DNA of 64,000 nt. It comes from Eledone cirrhosa (taxonomy: Eukaryota). The notes under the pieces were generated by a model. It saw nothing but the letters and a program-made list of their open reading frames with translations, was not told the origin of the DNA and made no database searches. Position 1 is the first letter of the stretch; every line of letters starts with the position of its first letter. Below, one piece after another: positions 22,201 to 36,900 of this stretch. Made by a program: the position numbers and the translations under genes. The DNA lies in assembly GCA_964016885.1 (NCBI GenBank), contig OZ024740.1, positions 34,162,001 through 34,226,000 of the forward strand. Reading direction: 5' to 3'.

Positions 22201-25200
22201 TCCTAGAACCTCAAGAAACTTCACTTTTGTCAAGTGTAGCCGCCAACATCTAGAACTTCAAGAAAATTCATTTTTGTAATGTGTAGACACCCGACTACTA
22301 GGACCTCAAGAAACTTCATTTTTGTCAAGTGTAGCCCCAACACCTAGGACCTCAAGAAACTTCACTTTTGTCAAGTGTAGCTCCCAACTCCTACAAACTA
22401 AAGAAACTTCATTTTTGTCAAGTGTAGCCGCCCGACTCCTAGAACCTCAAGAAACTTCATTTTTGTCAAGTGTAGCCTCCAACTCCTAGAACCTCAAGAA
22501 ACTTCACTTTTGTCAAGTGTAGCCCCCCAACTCATAGAACCTCAAGAAACTTCATTTTTGTCAAGTGTAGCCCCATCTCCTAGAACCTAAAGAAACTTCA
22601 TTTTTGTCAAGTGTAGCTCCCCGACTCCTAGAACCTCAAGAAACTTCACTTTTGTCAAGTGTAGCTCCCAACTCCTAGAACTTAAAGAAACTTCATTTTT
22701 GTCAAGTGTAGCCCCCAACACCTAGAACCTCAAGAAACATCATTTTTGTCAAGTGTAGACCCCCGACTCCTACAACCCCAAGAAAGTTCATTTTTGTCAA
22801 GTGTAGCCCCCCCCTGACTCCTAGAACCTCAAGAAACTTCATTTTTATCAAGTGTAGCCCCCCGACTCGTAGAACCCCAAGAAAGTTCATTTTTGTCAAG
22901 TGTAGCCCCCCCCCCCCGACTCCTAGAACCTCAAGAAACTTCACTTTTGTCAAGTGTAGCCGCCAACATCTAGAACTTCAAGAAAATTCATTTTTGTAAT
23001 GTGTAGACACCCGACTACTAGGACCTCAAGAAACTTCATTTTTGTCAAGTGTAGCCCCAACACCTAGGACCTCAAGAAACTTCACTTTTGTCAAGTGTAG
23101 CTCCCAACTCCTACAAACTAAAGAAACTTCATTTTTGTCAAGTGTAGCCGCCCGACTCCTAGAACCTCAAGAAACTTCATTTTTGTCAAGTGTAGCCTCC
23201 AACTCCTAGAACCTCAAGAAACTTCACTTTTGTCAAGTGTAGCCCCCCAACTCATAGAACCTCAAGAAACTTCATTTTTGTCAAGTGTAGCCCCATCTCC
23301 TAGAACCTAAAGAAACTTCATTTTTGTCAAGTGTAGCCCCCAACTCCTAGAACCTCAAGAAACTATATTTTTGTCAAGTCTAGCGCCCAACTCCTAGAAC
23401 CACAAGAAACTTCATTTTTGTCAAGTGTAGCCCCCGACCCGACTCCTAGAACCCCAAGAAAGTTCATTTTTGTCAAGTGTAGCCCTCCGACTCCTAGACC
23501 CTCAAGAAACTTCACTCTTGTCAAGTGTAGCCCCCAACATCTAGAACCTCAAGAAACTTCATTTTTGTCAAGTGTAGCCCCCAACTCCTAGAACCTCAAG
23601 AAACCTCATTTTTCTCAAGTGTAGCCCCCAACTCCTAGAACCTCAAGAAACTTCATTTTTGTCAAGTGTAGCACCCAACCCATAGAACCTCAAGAAACTT
23701 CATTTTTGTCAAGTGTAGCCTCCTCGGCTCCTAGAACCTCAAGAAACTTCACTTTTGTCAAGTGTAGCGCCCAACTCCTAGAACCTCAAGAAACTTCATT
23801 TTTGTCAAGTCTAGCCCCAACACCTAGAACCTCAAGAAATTTCATTTTTGTCAAGTGTAGCTCCCCGACTCCTAGAACCTCAAGAAACTTCATTTTTGTC
23901 AAGTGTAGCCCCCAACTCCTAGAACCTCAAGAAACTATATTTTTGTCAAGTCTAGCGCCCAACTCCTAGAACCACAAGAAACTTCATTTTTGTCAAGTGT
24001 AGCCCCCATCTCCTAGAACCTCAAGAAACTTCATTTTTGTCAAGTGTAGCCCCCATCTCCTAGAACCTCAAGAAACTTCATTTTTGTCAAGTGTAGCCCC
24101 CATCTCCTAGAACCTCAAGAAACTTCATTTTTGCCAAGTCTAGCCCCCAACACCTAGAACCTCAAGAAACTTCATTTTTGTCAAGTGTAGCCCCCCAACT
24201 CCTATAACCTCAAGAAACTTCATTTCTGTCAAGTGTAGCTCGCAAATCCTAGAACCTCAAGAAACTTCATTTTTGTCAAGTGTAGCCCCCCAACTCCTAG
24301 AACCTCAAGAAACATCATTTTTGTCAGGTGTAGCCCTCCAACTCCTATAACCTCAAGAAACTTCATTTCTGTCAAGTGTAGCTCGCAAATCCTAGAACCT
24401 CAAGAAACTTCATTTTTGTCAAGTGTAGCCCCCCAACTCCTAGAACCTCAAGAAACATCATTTTTGTCAGGTGTAGCCCTCCAACTCCTAGAACCTCAAG
24501 AAACTTCATTTCTGTCAAGTGTAGCCCCCCGAATCCTAGAACCTCAAGAAACTTCATTTTTGTCAAGTGTAGCCCCCCAACTCCTATAACCTCAAGAAAC
24601 TTCATTTCTGTCAAGTGTAGCTCGCAAATCCTACAACCTCAAGAAACTTCATTTTTGTCAAGTGTAGCCCCCCAACTCCTATAACCTCAAGAAACTTCAT
24701 TTTTGTCAAGTGTAGCCCTCCAACTCCTAGAACCTCAAGAAACTTCATTTCTGTCAAGTGTAGCCCCCCGAATCCTAGAACCTCAAGAAACTTCATTTTT
24801 GTCAAGTGTAGTCCCCAACACCTAGAACCTCAAGAAACTTCATTTTTGTCAAGTGTAGCCTCCAACTCCTAGAACCCCAAGCGAGTTCATTTTTGTGAAG
24901 TGTAGCCCCCCCCCCCCCCCGACTCCTAGAACCTCAAGAAACTTAATTTTTGTCAAGTGTATCCCCCCCCCCCCGACTCCTAGAACCTGAAGAAATTTCA
25001 CTTTTGTCAAGTGTAGCCCGCCCAACTCCTAGAACCTCATGAAACTTCATTTTTGTCAAGTGTAGCCCCAACTCCTAGAAGCTCCAGAAACTTCATTTTT
25101 GTCAAGTGTACCACCCAACTCCTATAACCTCAAGAAACTTCATTTGTGTCAAGTGTAGCCTCCTCGGCTCCTAGAACCTCAAGAAGATTCATTTTTGTCA

Positions 25201-28200
25201 AGTGTAGCCTCTCAACTCCTAGAACCCCAAGAAAATTCATTTTTGTCAAGTGTAGCCCCCAACTCCTAGAACCTCAAGAAAGTTCATTTTTGTCAAGTGT
25301 AGCCCCCCGACTCCTAGAACCTCAAGAAACTTCATTTTCTTCAAGTGTAGCCCCAACTCCTAGAACCTCAAGAAACTTTATTTTTGTCAAGTGTAGCTCC
25401 CCGACTCCTAGAACCTCAAGAAACTTTATTTTTGTCAAGTGTAGCCCCCAACTCCTAGAACCTCAATAAACTTCATTTTTGTCAAGTGTAGCCCCCAATC
25501 TCCTAGAACCTCAAGAAACTTCATTCTTGTCAAGTGTAGCCCCAAACTCCTAGAACCTCAAGAAACTTAATTTTTGTCAAGTGTAGCCCCCCGACTCCTA
25601 GAACCTCAAGAAACTTCATTTTTGTCAAGTGTAGCCCCCAACAGCTAGAACCTCAAGAAACATCATTTTTGTCAAGTGTAGACCCCCGACTCCTACAACC
25701 CCAAGAAAGTTCATTTTTGTCAAGTGTAGCCCCCCCCCCCTGACTCCTAGAACCTCAAGAAACTTCATTTTTGTCAAGTGTAGCCCCCCGACTCCTAGAA
25801 CCCCAAGAAAGATCATTTTTGTCAAGTCTAGCCCCCCCCCCCCCCGACTCCTAGAACCTCAAGAAACTTCACTTTTGTCAAGTGTAGCCGCCAACATCTA
25901 GAACTTCAAGAAAATTCATTTTTGTAATGTGTAGACACCCGACTACTAGGACCTCAAGAAACTTCATTTTTGTCAAGTGTAGCCCCAACACCTAGAACCT
26001 CAAGAAACTTCACTTTTGTCAAGTGTAGCTCCCAACTCCTACAAACTAAAGAAACTTCATTTTTGACAAGTGTAGCCTCCAACTCCTAGAACCTCAAGAA
26101 ACTTAATTTTTGTCAAGTGTAGCCCCCCGACTCCTAGAACCTCAAGAAACTTCACTTTTGTCAAGTGTAGCCCCCCACCACTACAACCTCAAGAAACTTC
26201 ATTTTTGTCAAGTGTAGCCCCCCGACTCCTAGAACCCCAAGAAAGTTCATTTTTGTCAAGTGTTTCCCCCCCCCGACTCCTAGAACCCCAAGAAAGTTCA
26301 TTTTTGTCAAGTGTAGCAACACCCCCCGACTCCTAGAACCTGAAGAAACTTCATTTTTGTCAAGTGTAGCACCCAACCCCTAGAACCTCAAGAAACTTCA
26401 TTTTTGTCAAGTGTAGCCCCCCAATTCCTAGAAACTCAAGAAACTTCATTTTTGTCAAGTGTAGCACCCAACCCCTAGAACCTCAAGAAACTTCATTTTT
26501 GTCAAGTGTAGCCTCCTCGGCTCCTAGAACCTCAAGAAGCTTCATTTTTGTCAAGTGTAGCCCCCCAACTCCTAGAACCTCAAGAAACATCATTTTTGTC
26601 AGGTGTAGCCCTCCAACTCCTATAACCTCAAGAAACTTCATTTCTGTCAAGTGTAGCTCGCAAATCCTAGAACCTCAAGAAACTTCATTTTTGTCAAGTG
26701 TAGCCCTCCAACTCCTAGAACCTCAAGAAACTTCATTTTTGTCAAGTGTAGCCCCCCGAATCCTAGAACCTCAAGAAACTTCATTTTTGTCAAGTGTAGC
26801 CCCCAACCCCTAGAACCTCAAGAAACTTCATTTTTGTCAAGTGTAGCCTCCAACTCCTAGAACCCCAAGCGAGTTCATTTTTGTCAAGTGTAGCCCCCCC
26901 CCCGACTCCTAGAACCTCAAGAAACTTAATTTTTGTCAAGTGTAGCCCCAACTCCTAGAACCTCAAGAAACTTTATTTTTGTCAAGTGTACCACCCAACT
27001 CCTAGAACCTCAAGAAACTTAATTTTTATCAAGTGTAGCCCCATCTCCTAGAACCTCAAGAAACTTCATTTTTGTCAAGTGTAGCCCCGTACTCCTAGAA
27101 CCTCAAGAAACTACACTTTTGTCAAGTGTAGCTCCCAACTCCTAGAACCTAAAGAAACTTCATTTTTGTCAAGTGTAGCCCCCAACTCCTAGAACCTCAA
27201 GAAACTTTATTTTTGTCAAGTGTAGCCCCCCAACTCATAGAACCTCAAGAAACTTCATTTTTGTCAAGTGTAGCCCCATCTCCTAGAACCTCAAGAAACA
27301 TCATTTTTGTCAAGTGTAGCCCCGTACTCCTAGAACCTCAAGCAACTTCACTTTTGTCAAGTGTAGCTCCCAACTCCTAGAACCTAAAGAAACTTCATTT
27401 TTGTCAAGTGTAGCTCCCCGACTCCTAGAACCTCATGAAACTTCACTTTTGTCAAGTGTAGCTCCCAACTCCTAGAACCTAAAGAAACTTCATTTTTGTC
27501 AAGTGTAGCCCCCAACACCTAGAACCTCAAGAAACATCATTTTTGTCATGTGTAGACGCCCGACTCCTAGAACCCCAAGAAAGTTCATTTTTGTCAAGTG
27601 TAGCCCCCCCCCCCTGACTCCTAGAACCTCAAGAAACTTCATTTTTGTCAAGTGGAGCCCCCCGACACCTAGAACCCCAAGAAAGATCATCTTTGTCAAG
27701 TGTAGCCCCCCCCCCGACTCCTAGAACCTCAAGAAACTTCACTTTTGTAAAGTGTAGCCTCCAACTTCTAGAACCCCAAGAAAATTCATATTTGTAGAGT
27801 GTAGCCCCCCACGCCTACAACCTCAAGAAACTTCATTTTTGTCAAGTGTAGACACCCGACTCCTAGAACCTCAAGTAACTTCATTTTTGTCAAGTGTAGC
27901 CCCCCGACTGCAAGAACCCCAAGAAAGTTCATCTTTGTCAAGTGTAGCCCCCCACCCCTACAACCTCAAAAAACTTCATTTTTGTCAAGTGTAGACCCCC
28001 GACTCCTAGAACCTCAAGAAACTTCATTTTTGTCAAGTGTAGCCCTCAACACCTAGAACCCCAAGAAAATTCATTTTCGTCAAGTGTAGACCCTCGGCTC
28101 CTACAACCTCAAGAAACTTAATTTTTGTCAAGTGTAGCCCCATCTCCTAGAACCTAAAGAAACTACACTTTTGTCAAGTGTAGCTCCCAACTCCTAGAAC

Positions 28201-28651
28201 CTAAAGAAACTTCATTTTTGTCAAGTGTAGCCCCCAACTCCTAGAACCTCAAGAAACTTTATTTTTGTCAAGTGTAGCCCCCCAACTCATAGAACCTCAA
28301 GAAACTTTATTTTTGTCAAGTGTAGCCCCATCTCCTAGAACCTCAAGAAACTTCATTTTTGTCAAGTGTAGCCCCCCGACTCCTAGAACCCCAAGAAAGT
28401 TCATTTTTGTCAAGTGTAGCCCCCCCCCCGACTCCTAGAACCTCAAGAAACTTCACTTTTGTCAAGTGTAGCCCCCAACATCTAGAACTTCAAGAAAATT
28501 CATTTTTGTAATGTGTAGACACCCGACTACTAGGACCTCAAGAAACTTCATTTTTGTCAAGTGTAGCCCCAACACCTAGGACCTCAAGAAACTTCACTTT
28601 TGTCAAGTGTAGCTCCCAACTCCTACAAACTAAAGAAACTTCATTTTTGTC

Positions 28652-28693
28652 AACCCTAACCCTAACCCTAACCCTAACCCTAACCCTAACCCT
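28652..28693. repeat. Interstitial telomeric tract (AACCCT)7 = TTAGGG on the minus strand
   Basis: Perfect 42-bp run counted in the sequence. Confidence 0.97.
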
Positions 28694-31600
28694 CCAACTC
28701 CTATAACTTCAAGAAACTTCATTTTTCTCAAGTGTAGCCCCCGACTCCTAGAACCTCAAGAAGCTTCATTTTTGTCAAGTGTAGCCCCCCAACTCCTAGA
28801 ACCTCAAGAAACTTCACTTTTGTCAAGTGTAGCCCTCCGACTCCTAGAACCTCAAGAAACTTTATTTTTGTCAAGTGTAGCCCCCAAATCCTAGAACCTC
28901 AGGAAACTTCATTTTTGTCAAGTGTAGCCCCCCTCCCCAACTCCTAGAACCTCAAGAATCTTCATTTTTGTCAAGTGTAGCCTCAATTCCTAGAACCTCA
29001 AGAAACTTCATTTTTGTCAAGTGTAGCCCACAACTCCTAAAACCTCAAGAATCTTCATTTTTGTCAAGTGTAGCCTCAATTCCTAGAACCTCAAGAAACT
29101 TCATTTTTGTCAAGTGTAGCCCCCCAACTCCTAGAACCTCAAGAAACTTCATTTTTGTCAAGTGTAGCCCCCCAACTCCTAGAACCTCAAGAATCTTCAT
29201 TTTTGTCAAGTGTAGCCTCAATTCCTAGAACCTCAAGAATCTTCATTTTTGTCAAGTGTAGCCCTCCAACTCCTAGGACCTCAAGAAACTTCATTTTTGT
29301 CAAGTGTAGCCCCCAACTCCTATAACCTCAAGAAACTTCATTTTTGTCAAGTGTAGCCCCCAACTCCTATAACCTCAAGAAACTTCATTTTTGTCAAGTG
29401 TAGCCCCCAACTCCTATAACTTCAAGAAACTTCATTTTTGTCAAGTGTAGCCCCCAACTCCTAGAACCTCAAGAATCTTCATTTTTGTCAAGTGTAGCCT
29501 CAATTCCTAGAACCTCAAGAAACTTCATTTTTGTCAAGTGTAGCCCCCCCAACTCCTAGAACCTAAAGAAACTTCATTTTTGTCAAGTGTAGCCCCCAAC
29601 TCCTAGAACCTCAAGAAACTTCACTTTTGTCAAGTGTAGCCCTCCAACTCCTATAACTTCAAGAAACTTCATTTTTGTCAAGTGTAGCCCCCAACTCCTA
29701 TAACCTCAAGAAACTTCATTTTTGTCAAGTGTAGCCCTCCAACTCCTAGAACATCAAGAAAATTCATTTTTCTCAAGTGTAGCCCCCAACTCCTAGAACC
29801 TCAAGAAACTTCATTTTTGTCAAGTGTAGCTCCCCGACTCCTAGAACCTCAAGAAACTTCATTTTTGTCAAGTGTAGCTCCCCGACTCCTAGAACCTCAA
29901 GAAACTTCATTTTTGTCAAGTGTAGCTCCCCGACTCCTAGAACCTCAAGAAACTTCATTTTTGTCAAGTGTAGCTCCCCGACTCCTAGAACCTCAAGAAA
30001 CTTCATTTTTGTCAAGTGTAGCTCCCCGACTCCTAGAACCTCAAGAAACTTCATTTTTGTCAAGTGTAGCCTCCCCGACTCCTAGAACCTCAAGAAACTT
30101 CATTTTTGTCAAGTGTAGCTCCCCGACTCCTAGAACCTCAAGAAACTTCATTTTTGTCAAGTGTAGCTCCCCGACTCCTAGAACCTCAAGAAACTTCATT
30201 TTTGTCAAGTGTAGCCTCCCCGACTCCTAGAACCTCAAGAAACTTCATTTTTGTCAAGTGTAGCCCCCAACTCCTATAACCTCAAGAAACTTCATTTTTG
30301 TCAAGTGTAGCCTCCCCGACTCCTAGAACCTCAAGAAACTTCATTTTTGTCAAGTGTAGCCCCCAAATCCTAGAACCTCAAGAAACTTCATTTTTGTCAA
30401 GTGTAGCCCCCAAATCCTAGAACCTCAAGAAACTTCATTTTTGTCAAGTGTAGCCCCCAACTCCTATAACCTCAAGAAACTTCATTTTTGTCAAGTTTGG
30501 CCTCCCCGACTCCTAGAACCTCAAGAAACTTCATTTTTGTCAAGTGTAGCCCCCAAATCCTAGAACCTCAAGAAACTTCATTTTTGTCAAGTGTAGCCCC
30601 CAACTCCTAGAACCTCAAGAAACTTCATTTTTGTCAAGTGTTGCTCCCCGACTCCTAGAACCTCAAGAAACATCATTTTTGTCAAGTGTAGCTCCCCGAC
30701 TCCTAGAACCTCAAGAAACTTCATTTTTGTCAAGTGTAGCCTACCCGACTCCTAGAACCTCAAGAAACTTCATTTTTGTCAAGTGTAGCCCCCAACTCCT
30801 ATAACCTCAAGAAACTTTATTTTTGTCAAGTGTAGCCCCCAAATCCTAGAACCTCAAGAAACTTCATTTTTGTCAAGTGTAGCCCCCGACTCCTAGAACC
30901 TCAAGAAACTTCATTTTTGTCAAGTGTAGCCCCAATTCCTAGAACCTCAAGAAACTTCCTTTTTGTCAAGTGTAGCCCCCCGACTCCTAGAACCTCAAGA
31001 AACTTCATTTTTGTCAAGTGTAGCCCCAATTCCTAGAACCTCAAGAAACTTCATTTTTGTCAAGTGTAGCCCCCGACTCCTAGAACCTCAAGAATCTTCA
31101 TTTTTGTCAAGTGTAGCCCCAACTCCTAGAACCTCAAGAATCTTCATTTTTGTCAAGTGTAGCCTCAATTCCTAGAACCTCAAGAGACTTCATTTTTGTC
31201 AAGTATAGCCCCCGACTCCTAGAACCCCAAGAAAGTTCATTTTTGTCAAGTGTTTCCCCCCCCCCGACTCCTAGAACCCCAAGAAAGTTCATTTTTGTCA
31301 AGTGTAGCAACACCCCCCGACTCCTAGAACCTGAAGAAACTTCATTTTTGTCAAGTGTAGCCCCAATTCCTAGAAACTCAAGAAACTTCATTTTTGTCAA
31401 GTGTAGCACCCAACCCCTAGAACCTCAAGAAACTTCATTTTTGTCAAGTGTAGCCTCCTCGGCTCCTAGAACCTCAAGAAGCTTCATTTTTGTCAAGTGT
31501 AGCCCCCCAACTCCTAGAACCTCAAGAAACATCATTTTTGTCAGGTGTAGCCCTCCAACTCCTATAACCTCAAGAAACTTCATTTCTGTCAAGTGTAGCT

Positions 31601-33928
31601 CGCAAATCCTAGAACCTCAAGAAACTTCATTTTTGTCAAGTGTAGCCCTCCAACTCCTAGAACCTCAAGAAACTTCATTTTTGTCAAGTGTAGCCCCCCG
31701 AATCCTAGAACCTCAAGAAACTTCATTTTTGTCAAGTGTAGCCCCCAACCCCTAGAACCTCAAGAAACTTCATTTTTGTCAAGTGTAGCCTCCAACTCCT
31801 AGAACCCCAAGCGAGTTCATTTTTGTCAAGTGTAGCCCCCCCCCGACTCCTAGAACCTCAAGAAACTTAATTTTTGTCAAGTGTAGCCCCAACTCCTAGA
31901 ACCTCAAGAAACTTTATTTTTGTCAAGTGTACCACCCAACTCCTAGAACCTCAAGAAACTTAATTTTTATCAAGTGTAGCCCCATCTCCTAGAACCTCAA
32001 GAAACTTCATTTTTGTCAAGTGTAGCCCCGTACTCCTAGAACCTCAAGAAACTACACTTTTGTCAAGTGTAGCTCCCAACTCCTAGAACCTAAAGAAACT
32101 TCATTTTTGTCAAGTGTAGCCCCCAACTCCTAGAACCTCAAGAAACTTTATTTTTGTCAAGTGTAGCCCCCCAACTCATAGAACCTCAAGAAACTTCATT
32201 TTTGTCAAGTGTAGCCCCATCTCCTAGAACCTCAAGAAACATCATTTTTGTCAAGTGTAGCCCCGTACTCCTAGAACCTCAAGCAACTTCACTTTTGTCA
32301 AGTGTAGCTCCCAACTCCTAGAACCTAAAGAAACTTCATTTTTGTCAAGTGTAGCTCCCCGACTCCTAGAACCTCATGAAACTTCACTTTTGTCAAGTGT
32401 AGCTCCCAACTCCTAGAACCTAAAGAAACTTCATTTTTGTCAAGTGTAGCCCCCAACACCTAGAACCTCAAGAAACATCATTTTTGTCATGTGTAGACGC
32501 CCGACTCCTAGAACCCCAAGAAAGTTCATTTTTGTCAAGTGTAGCCCCCCCCCCTGACTCCTAGAACCTCAAGAAACTTCATTTTTGTCAAGTGTAGCCC
32601 CCCGACACCTAGAACCCCAAGAAAGATCATCTTTGTCAAGTGTAGCCCCCCCCCCCGACTCCTAGAACCTCAAGAAACTTCACTTTTGTAAAGTGTAGCC
32701 TCCAACTTCTAGAACCCCAAGAAAATTCATATTTGTAGAGTGTAGCCCCCCACGCCTACAACCTCAAGAAACTTCATTTTTGTCAAGTGTAGACACCCGA
32801 CTCCTAGAACCTCAAGTAACTTCATTTTTGTCAAGTGTAGCCCCCCGACTGCAAGAACCCCAAGAAAGTTCATCTTTGTCAAGTGTAGCCCCCCACCCCT
32901 ACAACCTCAAAAAACTTCATTTTTGTCAAGTGTAGACCCCCGACTCCTAGAACCTCAAGAAACTTCATTTTTGTCAAGTGTAGCCCTCAACACCTAGAAC
33001 CCCAAGAAAATTCATTTTCGTCAAGTGTAGACCCTCGGCTCCTACAACCTCAAGAAACTTAATTTTTGTCAAGTGTAGCCCCATCTCCTAGAACCTAAAG
33101 AAACTACACTTTTGTCAAGTGTAGCTCCCAACTCCTAGAACCTAAAGAAACTTCATTTTTGTCAAGTGTAGCCCCCAACTCCTAGAACCTCAAGAAACTT
33201 TATTTTTGTCAAGTGTAGCCCCCCAACTCATAGAACCTCAAGAAACTTTATTTTTGTCAAGTGTAGCCCCATCTCCTAGAACCTCAAGAAACATCATTTT
33301 TGTCAAGTGTAGCCCCGTACTCCTAGAACCTCAAGAAACTTCACTTTTGTCAAGTGTAGCTCCCAACTCCTAGAACCTAAAGAAACTTCATTTTTGCCAA
33401 GTGTAGCTCCCCGACTCCTAGAACCTCAAGAAACTTCACTTTTGTCAAGTGTAGCACCCAACTCCTAGAACCTAAAGAAACTTCATTTTTGTCAAGTGTA
33501 GCCCCCAACACCTAGAAACTCAAGAAACATCATTTTTGTCAAGTGTAGACCCCCGACTCCTAGAACCCCAAGAAAGTTCATTTTTGTCACGTGTAGCCCC
33601 CCCCCTGACTCCTAGAACCTCAAGAAACTTCATTTTTGTCAAGTGTAGCCCCCCGACTCCTAGAACCCCAAGAAAGTTCATTTTTGTCAAGTGTAGCCCC
33701 CCCCCCGACTCCTAGAACCTCAAGAAACTTCACTTTTGTCAAGTGTAGCCCCCAACATCTAGAACTTCAAGAAAATTCATTTTTGTAATGTGTAGACACC
33801 CGACTACTAGGACCTCAAGAAACTTCATTTTTGTCAAGTGTAGCCCCAACACCTAGGACCTCAAGAAACTTCACTTTTGTCAAGTGTAGCTCCCAACTCC
33901 TACAAACTAAAGAAACTTCATTTTTGTC

Positions 33929-33958
33929 AACCCTAACCCTAACCCTAACCCTAACCCT
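33929..33958. repeat. Interstitial telomeric tract (AACCCT)5
   Basis: Perfect 30-bp run with the same flanks as 28652. Confidence 0.97.
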
Positions 33959-36900
33959 CCAACTCCTATAACTTCAAGAAACTTCATTTTTCTCAAGTGT
34001 AGCCCCCGACTCCTAGAACCTCAAGAAGCTTCATTTTTGTCAAGTGTAGCCCCCCAACTCCTAGAACCTCAAGAAACTTCACTTTTGTCAAGTGTAGCCC
34101 TCCAACTCCTAGAACATCAAGAAAATTCATTTTTCTCAAGTGTAGCCCCCAACTCCTAGAACCTCAAGAAACTTCATTTTTGTCAAGTGTAGCTCCCCGA
34201 CTCCTAGAACCTCAAGAAACTTCATTTTTGTCAAGTGTAGCCTCCCCGACTCCTAGAACCTCAAGAAACTTCATTTTTGTCAAGTGTAGCCCCCAACTCC
34301 TATAACCTCAAGAAACTTTATTTTTGTCAAGTGTAGCCCCCAAATCCTAGAACCTCAGGAAACTTCATTTTTGTCAAGTGTAGCCCCCGACTCCTAGAAC
34401 CTCAAGAAACTTCATTTTTGTCAAGTGTAGCCTCCCCGACTCCTAGAACCTCAAGAAACTTCATTTTTGTCAAGTGTAGCCCCCAACTCCTATAACCTCA
34501 AGAAACTTTATTTTTGTCAAGTGTAGCCCCCAAATCCTAGAACCTCAAGAAACTTCATTTTTGTCAAGTGTAGCCCCCGACTCCTAGAACCTCAAGAAAC
34601 TTCATTTTTGTCAAGTGTAGCCCCAATTCCTAGAACCTCAAGAAACTTCATTTTTGTCAAGTGTAGCCTCCTCGGCTCCTAGAACCTCAAGAAGCTTCAT
34701 TTTTGTCAAGTGTAGCCCCCGACTCCTAGAACCTCAAGAAACATCATTTTTGTCAAGTGTAGCCCTCCAACTCCTATAACTTCAAGAAACTTCATTTTTC
34801 TCAAGTGTAGTACCCAACTCCTAGAACCTCAAGAAACTTCACTTTTGTCAAGTGTAGCCCTCCAACTCCTAGAACATCAAGAAAATTCATTTTTCTCAAG
34901 TGTAGCCCCCAACTCCTAGAACCTCAAGAAACTTCATTTTTGTCAAGTGTAGCCCCCAACTCCTAGAACCTCAAGAAACTTCATTTTTGTCAAGTGTAGC
35001 TCCCCGACTCCTAGAACCTCAAGAAACTTCATTTTTGTCAAGTGTAGCCCCCAACTCCTATAACCTCAAGAAACTTCATTTTTGTCAAGTGTAGCCCCCA
35101 AATCCTAGAACCTCAAGAAACTTCATTTTTGTCAAGTGTAGCCTCCCCGACTCCTAGAACCTCAAGAAACTTCATTTTTGTCAAGTGTAGCTCCCCGACT
35201 CCTAGAACCTCAAGAAACTTCATTTTTGTCAAGTGTAGCTCCCCGACTCCTAGAACCTCAAGAAACTTCATTTTTGTCAAGTGTAGCCTCCCCGACTCCT
35301 AGAACCTCAAGAAACTTCATTTTTGTCAAGTGTAGCCCCCAACTCCTATAACCTCAAGAAACTTCATTTTTGTCAAGTGTAGCCTCCCCGACTCCTAGAA
35401 CCTCAAGAAACTTCATTTTTGTCAAGTGTAGCCCCCAAATCCTAGAACCTCAAGAAACTTCATTTTTGTCAAGTGTAGCCCCCAAATCCTAGAACCTCAA
35501 GAAACTTCATTTTTGTCAAGTGTAGCCCCCAACTCCTATAACCTCAAGAAACTTCATTTTTGTCAAGTTTGGCCTCCCCGACTCCTAGAACCTCAAGAAA
35601 CTTCATTTTTGTCAAGTGTAGCCCCCAAATCCTAGAACCTCAAGAAACTTCATTTTTGTCAAGTGTAGCCCCCAACTCCTAGAACCTCAAGAAACTTCAT
35701 TTTTGTCAAGTGTTGCTCCCCGACTCCTAGAACCTCAAGAAACATCATTTTTGTCAAGTGTAGCTCCCCGACTCCTAGAACCTCAAGAAACTTCATTTTT
35801 GTCAAGTGTAGCCTACCCGACTCCTAGAACCTCAAGAAACTTCATTTTTGTCAAGTGTAGCCCCCAACTCCTATAACCTCAAGAAACTTTATTTTTGTCA
35901 AGTGTAGCCCCCAAATCCTAGAACCTCAAGAAACTTCATTTTTGTCAAGTGTAGCCCCCGACTCCTAGAACCTCAAGAAACTTCATTTTTGTCAAGTGTA
36001 GCCCCAATTCCTAGAACCTCAAGAAACTTCCTTTTTGTCAAGTGTAGCCCCCCGACTCCTAGAACCTCAAGAAACTTCATTTTTGTCAAGTGTAGCCCCA
36101 ATTCCTAGAACCTCAAGAAACTTCATTTTTGTCAAGTGTAGCCCCCGACTCCTAGAACCTCAAGAATCTTCATTTTTGTCAAGTGTAGCCCCAACTCCTA
36201 GAACCTCAAGAATCTTCATTTTTGTCAAGTGTAGCCTCAATTCCTAGAACCTCAAGAGACTTCATTTTTGTCAAGTGTAGCCCACCGACTCCTAGAACCT
36301 CAAGAAACTTCATTTTTGTCAAGTATAGCCCCCGACTCCTAGAACCCCAAGAAAGTTCATTTTTGTATAGTGTAGCAACACCCCCCGACTCCTAGAACCT
36401 CAAGAAACTTCATTTTTGTCAAGTGTAGCCCCAATTCCTAGAACCTCAAGAAACTTCATTTTTGTCAAGTGTAGCACCCAACTCCTAGAACCTCAAAAAA
36501 CTTCATTTTTGTCAAGTGTAGCCTCCTCGGCTCCTAGAACGTCAAGAAGCTTCATTTTTGTCAAGTGTAGCCCCCCAACTCCTAGAACCTCAAGAAACAT
36601 CATTTTTGTCAAGTGTAGCACCCAACCCCTAGAACCTCAAAAAACTTCATTTTTGTCAAGTGTAGCCTCCTCGGCTCCTAGAACCTCAAGAAGCTTCATT
36701 TTTGTCAAGTGTAGCCCCCCAACTCCTAGAACCTCAAGAAACATCATTTTTGTCAAGTGTAGCACCCAACCCCTAGAACCTCAAAAAACTTCATTTTTTC
36801 AAGTGTAGCCTCCCCGACTCCTAGAACCTCAAGAAGCTTCATTTTTGTCAAGTGTAGCCCCCAACTCCTAGAACCTCAAGAAACTTCATTTTTGTCAAGT